A stretch of DNA of 20,000 nt from Chiloscyllium plagiosum (GCF_004010195.1 NC_057751.1:8659879-8679878); one strand, 5' to 3'. Counted from the first letter of the stretch, positions 1 to 9,671 are shown. A program made the numbers and translations. The notes: generated by a model not told the origin, from the letters alone.

Positions 1-769
1 GCTGCATTTTGGGAAAGCAAATCTTAGCAGGACTTATACACTTAATGGTAAGGTCCTAGGGAGTGTTGCTGAACAAAGAGAGTGCAGGTTCATAGCTCCT
101 TGAAAGTTGAGTCTCAGGTAGATAGAATAGTGAAGAAGGAGTTTGGTATGCTTTCGTTTATTGGTCAGAGTATTGAGTACAGGAGTTGGGAGGTCATGTT
201 GCGGCTGTACAGGACATTGGTTTGGCCACTGTTGGAATATTGCGTGCAATTCTGGTCTCCTTCCTATCAGAAAGATGTTGTGAAACTTGAAAGGGTTCAG
301 AAAAGATTTACAAGGATGTTGCCAGGGCTGGAGGATCTGAGCTACAGGGAGAGGCTGATCAGGCTGGAGCTGTTTTCCCTGGAGCAACGGAGGCCTTATA
401 GAGGTTTACAAAATCATGAAGGGCATGGATAGGATAAGTAGACTAAGCCTTTTCCATGACGTGGGGGAGTCCAGAACTAGAGGGCATAGGTATAGGGTGT
501 GGGGAGAAAGATATAAAAGAGACCTACGGGGCAACTTTTTCACACAGAGGGTGGTACATGTATGGAATGAGCCGCCAGAGGAAGTGGTGGAGGCTGGTAC
601 AATTGCAACATTTAAGAGGCATTTGGATGGGTATATGAATAGGAAGGGTTTGGTGGAATTTGGGCCGGGTGCTGGCAGGTGGGAAGAGATTGGGTTGGGA
701 TATCTGGTCGGATGGACAGGTTGGATGGAAGGGTCTATTTCCATGCTGTATATCTCTGTGGCTCTATGC
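1..769 (+). mobile_element. CR1 LINE 3' fragment (ORF2 C-terminus and 3' UTR/tail), frameshifted
   Basis: ORFs 82-432 (YRTLVWPLLEYCVQFWSP...LERVQKRFTRMLPGLEDLSYRERL) and 416-784 (RTRGHRY...NFFTQRVVHVWN...FKRHLD) are typical CR1 ORF2 C-terminal motifs; the fragment ends in a CR1-like tail (atctctgtggctctatg). Confidence 0.9.
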
Positions 770-969
770 TGGAAAATGGAGTGAGAATTGAGATGTGCTC
801 CTGTATGCTGACCAGCGATGGGGCTCAGTCACTGCACTGAACAAGGAGAGTTATCGGTTCAGAAAAGGTAACCTCTCTCTCTCCCAAATCAGAGGTCACC
901 TTTCCTGGGGTTTTCTCGAAAAAGCAGTAGTTAGTTTGCATATCTGCATGCTGACGGCTCGGCACAGGC

Positions 970-1180
970 GGATCGGAGCGAGAAACCAAACATCGAAATC
1001 GATGAAGAAAGCTCAACGGGTCTGACAGCAATTGCCGAGTGTGAAAGCAGAGTCTTGGGGTCCAGTGATGCTCTGTCACAACACTACTCTGCACAGAAGC
1101 TGCCGGAGCTGCTGAATTTTCACAACAATTGCTGGGTTTTTTTTTTCAAGTTTCTGATTTCCAGCACCGGCAGTTCTTCA
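970..1180. repeat. Old, degenerate inverted-repeat element resembling the 3622-3833 family
   Basis: aagctcaacgggtctgacagc (about 1009-1029) is loosely reverse-complementary to gctgccggagctgctgaattt (about 1099-1119), and ctgatttccagcaccggcag resembles the family tail ctgatctccagcatctgcag. Judged by eye. Confidence 0.45.
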
Positions 1181-1583
1181 GGGGATTTTATGTCGGGGAG
1201 AACAGAGAGAGTCTGCAAGGTTTGGCAGGATTTACGGCCCTATGTTACTCTCTGGCCCGAGAAACAAGTGAAGCAGTTTACAATGTCGGGTCCGGCTTCA
1301 GACCTGGACTGGGCGAGATTTAACTCCGAAACCAAATCGCGGAAAGGATCTTTCAGCAACACTTGGTTCCAAAAAGACGCTCAAATGTTCACAGCTCCTG
1401 GCCAGAACCTCCAGCCGGTTTCTGTTCGCCCTCTGGTCGGGAATAAGATCATTTTTTTTTTCAAAATCCCCACGATCCGCTCCCTGGTGAAGATATCCCA
1501 CTCTCTCCCGTCCAGCTCAGGAAAGGCTCATGATTCCCTTAAGCCAGACACGGGGAATGTGAATGTGGAGCAACAGTAAAATT

Positions 1584-2681
1584 GGGTGAAGGGGAGGGGG
1601 GGTTGCTGCTGGCGGAGGGTGGGGAGGGGGGGGTGACTTGAGAAGTTGCTCCAACAGAGACAGAGGAGGGCAGGGAAAGGGAGGGAAGAGGAGACGAGAG
1701 GGGAGGAGAGAGCAGAGGAGACGAGGAGAGGGACGGGGGGGGGGGTCGGGGAGGAGAGACTGCGCTCGGACATGGGGGTCCTCCCGGAGAACAGGAGCGG
1801 CTCGGTGCTGGCGCTGAACGGTTCTGCTCGGTCCCCTCCCAGCCCGAGCCGGGCCATCGCCCTGGGTCTGACGCTGGGCTCCTTCATCCTGTTCGCCCTG
1901 CTGGGCAATGTGCTGGTGGTCCTGTCGGTGGTCTGCCACCGGCCCCTGCAGACGGTCACCAACTACTTCACGGTGAACCTGGCGGTCGCGGACCTGCTGC
2001 TGAGCTGCAGCGTGTTGCCCCTGTCCGCCTGGCTCGAGGTGCAGGGCCAGTGGCCGCTCGGCCGGCTCCTCTGTGATATCTGGGCGGCCCTGGACGTCCT
2101 CTGCTCCACCGCCTCCATCCTCAGCCTGTGCGTCATCTCCATCGAGCGGTACATCGGGGTGAGTTACCCGCTGCGACACCCGACCTTGGTGACCCAGGGG
2201 AGGGCTCTCTTCACCCTCCTGGGAGTCTGGAGCCTGGCCCTGGTCATCTCGGTGGGCCCCCTGATGGGCTGGAAGGAGCCGCCGCCCCCTGACCACACCG
2301 TGTGCCAAGTGACCGAGGAGCCCGGCTACGTGCTCTTCTCAGCCCTGGGCTCCTTCTACGCGCCGCTGGCCGTCATCCTGGTGATGTACTGCCGGGTCTA
2401 CATGGTGGCCAGGCGGGAAACCAGGAGCCTGGAGGAGGGCAGGAAGAGGGAGACGGGGGGCCGGGTAACGCTGCGCATCCACCGGCCGGAGAGGAGGGCG
2501 GACGGGCTGGACCAGGGTCAGGGTCAGGGTCAGCCCGGTGGCCGGGGCTCCCAGCTGAAGACTCAGTTCTCAGTCCTGCTCTTCAAGTTCACCAAGCAGA
2601 AGAAAGCGGCCAAGACCCTGGGCATCGTGGTCGGGGGTTTCATTCTCTGCTGGCTCCCGTTTTTCGTGGTCCTGCCCTTGG
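1584..2681. promoter_or_regulatory. GC/CpG-rich island over the proximal 5' region and exon 1, with G-tract cluster at 1584-1633 and purine-rich tract to about 1760
   Basis: GC and CpG density are visibly high compared with the AT-rich, CpG-poor intron and exon 2. Multiple runs of 3 or more G occur (gggtgaaggggagggggggtt...gggtggggagggggggg). Confidence 0.55.
1772..2681 (+). CDS. adra1a: Alpha-1A adrenergic receptor-like GPCR, coding exon 1 (N-terminus to TM6)
   Basis: ATG at 1772 in a strong Kozak context (gacATGg) with an in-frame TGA upstream at 1634. Translation [10 protein letters not shown]...GNVLVVLSV...NLAVADLL...[16 protein letters not shown]...[10 protein letters not shown]...[15 protein letters not shown]...VTLRIH...[12 protein letters not shown]...CWLPFF matches alpha-1 adrenoceptor motifs as I recall them. 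It has N-glycosylation sequons NRS and NGS and ends at donor G|GTAAGA in phase 1, the conserved alpha-1 intron position at the end of TM6. Confidence 0.93.
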
Positions 2682-2788
2682 GTAAGAAACCATTCCATTG
2701 CACTCTGACCTTCCAATGTTTCACTTGTGACAATGGTGCGGGAAAAGTTGCCTCTCTCGGAGTCTTGGACTTTGCCAGGGTTGGTGGG

Positions 2789-3288
2789 NNNNNNNNNNNN
2801 NNNNNNNNNNNNNNNNNNNNNNNNNNNNNNNNNNNNNNNNNNNNNNNNNNNNNNNNNNNNNNNNNNNNNNNNNNNNNNNNNNNNNNNNNNNNNNNNNNNN
2901 NNNNNNNNNNNNNNNNNNNNNNNNNNNNNNNNNNNNNNNNNNNNNNNNNNNNNNNNNNNNNNNNNNNNNNNNNNNNNNNNNNNNNNNNNNNNNNNNNNNN
3001 NNNNNNNNNNNNNNNNNNNNNNNNNNNNNNNNNNNNNNNNNNNNNNNNNNNNNNNNNNNNNNNNNNNNNNNNNNNNNNNNNNNNNNNNNNNNNNNNNNNN
3101 NNNNNNNNNNNNNNNNNNNNNNNNNNNNNNNNNNNNNNNNNNNNNNNNNNNNNNNNNNNNNNNNNNNNNNNNNNNNNNNNNNNNNNNNNNNNNNNNNNNN
3201 NNNNNNNNNNNNNNNNNNNNNNNNNNNNNNNNNNNNNNNNNNNNNNNNNNNNNNNNNNNNNNNNNNNNNNNNNNNNNNNNNNNNNNNN
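2789..3288. other. Assembly gap (500 N)
   Basis: Run of N. Confidence 0.99.
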
Positions 3289-3339
3289 AAGATGATGGTT
3301 GATGATGTGTTTCACACTCCACATTCTCATCCACACCAG

Positions 3340-3610
3340 ATAAATACTCTTCAGAGGAATCAAAGGTTAAGATAATCAGACAGTTAAATAGGGAACATTT
3401 TTCCTAGGTGGTGATGGCGAGCATGAGAGGACATTGCTTTCAATGGAAGGGTGGTAGATACCGGACACGTCAGAGGTAGTTTCTTTACTCAGAATAGTAG
3501 AGGCTTGGAATGCATTGCCTGCAACAGACTCGCCAACATGAAGGGCGTTTAAATAGTCATTGGATAAACCTATGGATGAAAATGGAATAGTGGAGCAGAT
3601 ATAGGCTTCA
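3340..3610 (+). mobile_element. Degenerate CR1 LINE 3' end
   Basis: atgagaggacattgcttt...ttctttactcaga...gcttggaatgcattgcctgca...gcgtttaaatagtcattggataa parallels the RGH / FFTQR / WNALP / FK..LD tail of the CR1 copy at 416-660. Confidence 0.7.
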
Positions 3611-3621
3611 GATTATGTTGC

Positions 3622-3833
3622 GAAAGAGAAAATGAGGTCTGCAGATGCTGGAGATCAGAGATGGAAATGTGTTGCTGGAAAAGCGCAGCAGGTCAGGCAG
3701 CATCTAGGGAACAGGAGAATTGACGTTTCTGGCATTAGCCCTTCTTCAGGAGGGCTAATGCCCGAAACGTCGATTCTCCTGTTCCCTAGATGCTGCCTGA
3801 CCTGCTGCGCTTTTCCAGCAACACATTTCCATC
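3622..3833 (-). mobile_element. Short non-autonomous element with inverted 5' duplication (hairpin, 85-bp arms) and 14-bp target-site duplication; Penelope pLTR-like
   Basis: Arms 3658-3742 and 3751-3835 are reverse complements with 2 mismatches around an 8-nt loop. The direct repeat tcagattatgttgc lies at 3608-3621 and 3834-3847. The minus strand carries CTGAAGA-A-GGGC-TAAT-GCCA-GAAAC-GTC. Confidence 0.8.
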
Positions 3834-3949
3834 TCAGATTATGTTGCACTGACCTGTAGAACCAGAGAGCTGATAATAGATAAACCTCTGAAATGCAAAT
3901 ATTCAATTAGACTGCCTCTTCTACCTTCTGAGGCACAATTTCAAAGTTC

Positions 3950-4330
3950 CTCAATCCTCAAAAAACAAAATCTCTTCATCTCGATCCCCAAAGGACTTTT
4001 TTAAAAAAATTAGGAAATGCTGTTATAAGTGACCCCTACTTCTGGATTTCTTATCTACTTCCACCAAGGCATTTCTCATTCTTTTGAACTCCAAAAGAAG
4101 CAAGTCCATCTGTCCAACCTGTCCTCCTGAGACCACCCACTCATCCTGGGAATCAATCAACCAAACCTTCAGTGCATTTCCATCCTCTGTTAAATAAGGA
4201 ATCCAAAAACTACACACACTTATTACAATCTTGTCTCGCCAATGCCTTACTAACTGAGACATAAAAATTAAGTTTAAGCTCATTCCAAATGACAAACAGT
4301 ATCCCATGAGCCCTCTTGATCAGGTGCCCT
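3950..4330 (-). mobile_element. Highly degenerate CR1 LINE fragment
   Basis: Minus-strand ORF 4023-4307 retains SFWIPYLTEDGNAL and LLEFKRMRNALVEVDK, decayed versions of the CR1 motifs QFWSPYL.KD..ALE and SLE.RR.RGDLIEVYK. Confidence 0.6.
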
Positions 4331-4769
4331 ACCTACACTCCACATTATGGTATTTGTGGGTCAGATGTCACAGTTTAGATTCCACTCAAAGTTTCCAGGC
4401 ACTATTCACATGTTTATGTAACACATCAAACTAAAGATACAACTTTATATTACAATCTTCAACTTGAAGGCCAATTATTTCCATCTCCTGACTTCATCAC
4501 AAATTTTCTTCAACTTCCCTACAGGATGTTCCTTAACCCCAAATCCAACTGAAATTTTCACAAAAACCAAATGTTACTGAATTGCACCAAACAGTGCTCT
4601 GTTTGAATCACATTAAAATGTTTTTACAATGTGGAGAAGATATCACAACCATTAGATCAATCATTTCAAGCAGCTGCCAAATCCTAAATCATTTATTAAA
4701 CCTGCAAACTGATGACTTGATCAAAACAAGGAGTCAAATGTTACCATTTTATTTGTAAAGGATCTGTTA

Positions 4770-4835
4770 GTATTGTGGGACATTTTACTGCATTAAAAAG
4801 GTGCTGCACAAATGCAACTTTTCCTGTTGTTGTTA
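4770..4835 (+). repeat. Possible L2/SINE 3' tail remnant
   Basis: gggacattttactgcattaaaaaggtgctgcacaaatgcaac...tgttgttgtt resembles the reverse complement of 13126-13150 and recalled L2-type 3' tails ending in (tgt)n. Confidence 0.35.
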
Positions 4836-5839
4836 TTCATGATGGCTATTTTTTATTAAACATTAGAATGAATTCAAGCCATGGGGATGAAAGGGGATTA
4901 ATTGTTTTTTTGTCATGAGCCTTGATTGTACTCATTACAGAATGGCACTTTCTTCCTTGCATGGTGATAAAAAATGAAGAGGGGGTGGGTGGGGAGAGGG
5001 AGATCATCATTCAGATTGCATTATGACAAATGTTTTTGTTGGGCAACCAATTCAGGTTTCAAGATGAAATGCACGCCATATTATTTGAGATGGTATTATT
5101 TTAAATAACTTAAATTTTTCATTAAATTCAGCAAGAAACAAATTTGATCAACCCTTCCGACAATCAACAGAATACCATCCACTTTGTGGAAATGGTGTAA
5201 TTATTCAGCCCTTGTGTGCTCCAGCGATTCTCTGTGCATTTAGGACACCTGACTCTGAATTCAAAGCTTCTGTTTGCAAGGCAACAAAACAGGTTACATG
5301 TTATGCCAACAAATCTTCCCTTCTCCATTTACTCCACATCCTTTCATTTATGGTGCTCTAACACCTGTGCCTTTCTTAGTCTCAATTTCTCTTCTTCAAA
5401 AAAAAACACATCTTTTCAAATGAAAAAATTCTTTGAGTCTTCAACAATAAAAAGGGGCTGGTTCAGTATCTTTGAATGCTGAAAATATTATTCAAGTGCA
5501 CCAGAATTGAAGGCTTGATGCCATTTTTGCCAGTCAGTTTGAAGATTAGTGAAGTATATGAAAATGAGAGATGTGGAGACCAATCAGCCCACTGCTCCCA
5601 CTCCCCCCAGTCATGGCTGCCTCCTATTGAGAGCATGAAACAGGCAAGCACATGATTATTTCTGTTTCCATGGCTCGTTTCTACTGGACCAGATTGCTAG
5701 CCTGTCACGAGGGGCCCCACAGCTTGAGAGGCGTAATTCTGCCTCAAGTTTAGCAAGACACATTCTGCCACTCATGTACTGGAAAGATTTGTAATTCATA
5801 ATCAGTCAATTTTGACATGCAAGAAATGAATCTTTCTTG

Positions 5840-5892
5840 GGTGGAACCTGATCCCAAAGCCTCACAGTAGAGGCAAAGATGCTACCCACAGC
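5840..5892 (-). repeat. Possible decayed tRNA-derived SINE head
   Basis: The minus strand ctgtgggtagcatctttgcctct...gggatcaggttccaccc has A-box-like and B-box-like spacing; heavily degenerate. Confidence 0.3.
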
Positions 5893-6174
5893 AGGGCAAT
5901 ACCCCCCCCCCCCCCAATCGCCATTGGTAACAGCTCCTCAATAATTACTGGAGTGTCAGTATACCTTCACATGGTGCGAAATTACATTTCACAGGTTGGC
6001 AGCTCCTTTGATAAACTTCTCAAATTGTTTGCACTAGTTTGAAATGACACCCTTTGTCTGACTGTCACGGTTCAACATTAAGTCTGTGTTTACCATTTCA
6101 TCATGATCTTAAATGCTCAAGTCACGTTTTAAGTCTTCCGTTTTGTATATTTTGCCACAGAAGTGAATGCAACC

Positions 6175-7138
6175 AAATTCATTTCAAAGGGTTAAAATTC
6201 AAGAACAGAGATGTACTGTTGAGGCTGCATGATACTCTGGCCAGGCGTCTTTTGGAATATTTAAAGAAGTTCTGGGACCACATCTATCGGGGGATGGGCT
6301 GCTCTTTGGGAGGATCCAGAGGCAGGTCGTGGGAGTGCTGTAAAAAGGACTTGGACAGGTTAGCAGCATGGGCAAAGAAGTGGCAAATGGAATACAATTT
6401 GCAAAAGTGTGAGGCCATGCACTGTAGTAGGATGAAGAGAGGCATAGACCACTTTAGAAACAGGGAAAGGCTTCAGAAATCTAAAGGACAAAGGGAATTG
6501 TGAGTCCCAGTTCAGGATTCTCTGAAGGTTAACATGCAGATTCAGGTAGCAGATCAGAAGGCATAAGCAATGTTAGCTGGAGGACTAGAATATAACAGCA
6601 GAGATGTTTTTCTAAGGCTGTACAAGGCTCTGGTCAGGCCGCAATTGGAACATTCTGAGAAAGTTTGGACCCTGGTCTATGGAAGGATGTGCTGGAGTTG
6701 GAGGAGGTCCAGAGTACCCCACGGATGAATAGCTTGTCACATGAGGAGCAGTTGAGGACTCTGGGTCTATGCTGGATGCAACTTAGAAGGATGAGGAGGG
6801 ATCTCATTGAAACTTACAGAATACTGAAGCACGTGAATATACTGTAAGTGTCAAAGATCCTTCCATTATTAGGAGAGGACAGCCTCAGCATGATTCAATG
6901 ACCTTGTGCGACTGGGGGAGGAGGAATTTCTTCAGCCAAAGGGTGGTGAATCTGTGGAACTCATTGCCGCAGAGATCTGTGGAGGCCTAGTCATCGAGCA
7001 TATTTAAGACAGAGATAGACAGGTTCTCAACCAGAAAGGGAATCAAGTGTGATAAGGAGAAGGAAGGAGAATGGCGTTGAGAAATGTGTCAGCCATGTTC
7101 AAATGAAGGAGAAGACTTGCTTCTATAGCATATGGTCT
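6175..7138 (+). mobile_element. Composite CR1 LINE fragments (short piece 6175-~6325, then a longer RT-to-3'-tail piece)
   Basis: GLKFKNRDVLLRLHDTLARRLLEY..FW is followed by KDLDRLAAWAKKWQMEYNLQKCE, a second 'DV..RLYKALVRPQLE' segment (6600-6650), RRMRRDLIETYRILK, and FFSQRVVNLWNSLP (6927-6969); many stops and frameshifts. Confidence 0.85.
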
Positions 7139-8355
7139 AAGTTGAAAACACAAGATTGGTGATGATCAGTTATAATTTGCTCACAGCTATTCTTGGTGTT
7201 TCTGCTCGGAACAAAGTTTTGCAGCAATGTTTTAAAAATTGAAGAAGCAAAAATCACCAGACCCAGTGCATTGGCAAGGATTTGGTCCCTTTTAAACAGT
7301 TACTTGGACTGAAGGGAAAACAGGAGCCTTTCAAACAGGAAGGTCACAAGGGTGATGAGGTTTCTCAAAGAGAAAGCACTATGAACCTTACTGGAAATGA
7401 AGAGTTAAGAACCACAGGAGACTGTCCAGAAGAGAACACAGCCTGTCTGGAAACACTCATGCTGTTCCTATGGTATCATTGAGAACTGTGCCCAGTCACA
7501 TATCATGAGTGTTTTCGGTGTCCATTTCGGTGTGCTACAAAGCAGCTGCATCATTTGGATCAAGCCACATTTCACAATTGTCCTTTTAGTTCTGCTTTGG
7601 AAAGACTAAAGAACTAAAAGGGATCAGAATATTCCTGTTAAGGCATAAGAGTGTGTTACAGCTTAAACCTCTGAACTTGAACAATCATGGAAGTACATGC
7701 AAGATCCACACTGGCTTACAGCAGAGTTTTGTCTCTGGAACTGAACAGTTGTCAACAACAACCTGTAACTCCTTGTGTCAAGGTTTTCAATCATTTCTTT
7801 CCCAAGTTTGTAATTTCATGTACTATCTTCCAGCTCTCTGTACAGAGGATCAGGAGGAGAGAAACAGGGTGCTTTCCCTCAGGTAGGTTTCAGTGTGACA
7901 AGGACACTGCAGGCATTCCCTCTCCATGTACTTCAAAAGACAAAACGTGAAATGGATTTTTTCTGGAAAACGAAATACCTGTAACTCAACTGTTGGTCAG
8001 TCTCAGAACTTTCCAACTGGACAACTGATGTTGTCAAAACATAGATTCTGTGAACAGACACAGCATGAACAATTGAAAGTTCTCCTTCTCCTCAAGAATG
8101 AAACAAGACAAAATATTCTTCCTCATATTGTTTCTCCTCCTATACTGTACAATACTGTCAAAAAAAACCAACCTGATGAGGAAATGTGCCGAATTAATAA
8201 AGGCAAAGAGACATGATAATGACTGGTTATTCTCAGCATCATCTAGTAGTGTCCTCAACTCATCCATTTACTTATTTTCCATTCAGATTAAGAGCAGGCT
8301 CCCACATCCAAGTTTTACAATGGGACAGAGATCAAGTAGACTTTAAGTAGAGCGC

Positions 8356-8454
8356 CATTCCTGATGAAGGGCATTTGCCCGAAATGTCGATTTTCCTGCT
8401 CCTCGGATGTTGCCTGACTGCTGTGCTTTTCCAGCACCACTCTAATCTAAACTC
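8356..8454 (+). mobile_element. Single copy of the same short hammerhead-like element with an 11-bp target duplication
   Basis: ctgatgaagggcatttgcccgaaatgtcgattttcctgctcctcggatgttgcctgactgctgtgcttttccagcaccac aligns with 3751-3823. Flanks are aagtagagcgc (8345-8355) and aagtatagcgc (8455-8465). Confidence 0.78.
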
Positions 8455-9295
8455 AAGTATAGCGCATGTAAGTGAAAATATTACTGAGAGATATGGACAG
8501 GTTCGTGATCAGGTCAACTGTGTGTTAGCCAAGTCGAGTAATCACCAATTACAGTCAAAGCAGAGAAACAAAAACATGAATAAATTAAACATTAATCAAG
8601 ATTTTTATTAAAGGGAAAACTTAGCTTTGAACTTAATTCAGGAACACTTGTGCTGCAATAACCTATATGGAGTGCAACCATTTGAAGAGATTAATGACTG
8701 ATGATAAAACACGTTGGTTTATAAGGTTGGTCCAGCAAATCTGGAGGTTATTGCGGATGGCTTGCTAGATTTATATAACAACAAATAAGGTGCGACAGGT
8801 TTGTGTAATTAGTTTCTGGCGTGTCTATGTCTGTTTTGGTCTCAATAACTCCAGGGCCATTCGTGATGCATGTTGTCAATGTGTGAAGTCTGCTTTCACA
8901 ATTTTCCAATATCTTCAAAGCATTTTCTCACAGCTTTTGTCAGTTCTTTGAAATTCTAGATATCCCAAACATAGTAGCTAGAGTTGGGCTGTAAAGTGTA
9001 CATGCTTGTCAAGTTACTTGTCTTGCACTTGTCGGGGCAGAATGTCAACAGCATCAAATTCTAATGGGAACACCAATTTATACAGTCTGAGATAAAAGTG
9101 CAGATAGTGTACAAGTTAATGCTGACTGGGTGTAGTATTGACATGCAGAATGTATCAGGCAAATATTATTCCCTGGCCATTTTAAATGTTCCACCAGCCA
9201 TGCTGATCTTGATCGATTGAGGTTTTGATATGGTAAATTCCTTGAGGTTTCTTAAGCTTATGCAGGATTTGAATGTTAGGATAAAAGCGCATGAC

Positions 9296-9340
9296 TTTAG
9301 AGTCATACAGCACCAAAGAAGCCCTTCAGTCCATCTAGTA
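9296..9340 (-). repeat. Tiny CR1 3' tail fragment
   Basis: tagagtcatacagcacc...gcccttcagtccatc is reverse-complement-similar to the CR1 tail at 722-769 (gatggaagggtct...tgctgtatatctct). Confidence 0.5.
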
Positions 9341-9507
9341 TGTGCTGATCTATCTACACTTATCCCACTTGTTTCAGTGCTTATAACTGACATTTTCACC
9401 CGAGTATCAATTGACACATTTGTGCATCTCTTGCATGCAACATTTTAAACAAAATCTAACAGTTCAGTTTTGTTAAATTAGTAAAGCCACAAAGTGCGAA
9501 AACGTGA

Positions 9508-9668
9508 ACAACAGTTTATGTTTCTATAATATTCAACATTGTAAGACACTGATCATAAGACACTTCACAGGATTATTGCAAAGCAAATAGGATCTCAAGA
9601 CACATGACAGACATCAGATGCCAGAAGGTCAGATGACCCAAAGATTCATCAAAACCCTTCATTTCAAG
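9508..9668 (-). repeat. Possible old L2-type LINE 3' fragment
   Basis: acaacagtttatgtttctata...acacttcacaggattattgcaaagcaaa...gatgacccaaag resembles recalled L2 3' ends; by eye only. Confidence 0.3.
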
Positions 9669-9671
9669 GTT

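Noticed and set aside
1055..1579. 174-aa ORF upstream of the receptor
   Set aside because: Non-ATG start, partly repeat-derived, with poly-T-encoded Phe runs and no recognisable motif.
1517..2308. 263-aa minus-strand ORF and other ORFs overlapping exon 1
   Set aside because: These are antisense or alternate-frame shadows of a GC-rich coding exon, with no recognisable domain.
1646..3295. 549-aa ORF as a single-exon protein with N-terminal extension and read-through after TM6
   Set aside because: It starts at TTG in low-complexity purine sequence; the first ATG with a Kozak context is 1772. The extension after 2681 passes a canonical splice donor and runs through 500 N.
3632..3906. Two near-identical ORFs on opposite strands (toxin/antitoxin-like appearance)
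   Set aside because: An automatic consequence of the 85-bp inverted repeat; no coding evidence.
7200..8340. Cluster of short ORFs in the mid-intron as a nested gene or extra exon
   Set aside because: Short, mostly non-ATG starts and no motifs; exon 1 and exon 2 already join into a complete receptor.
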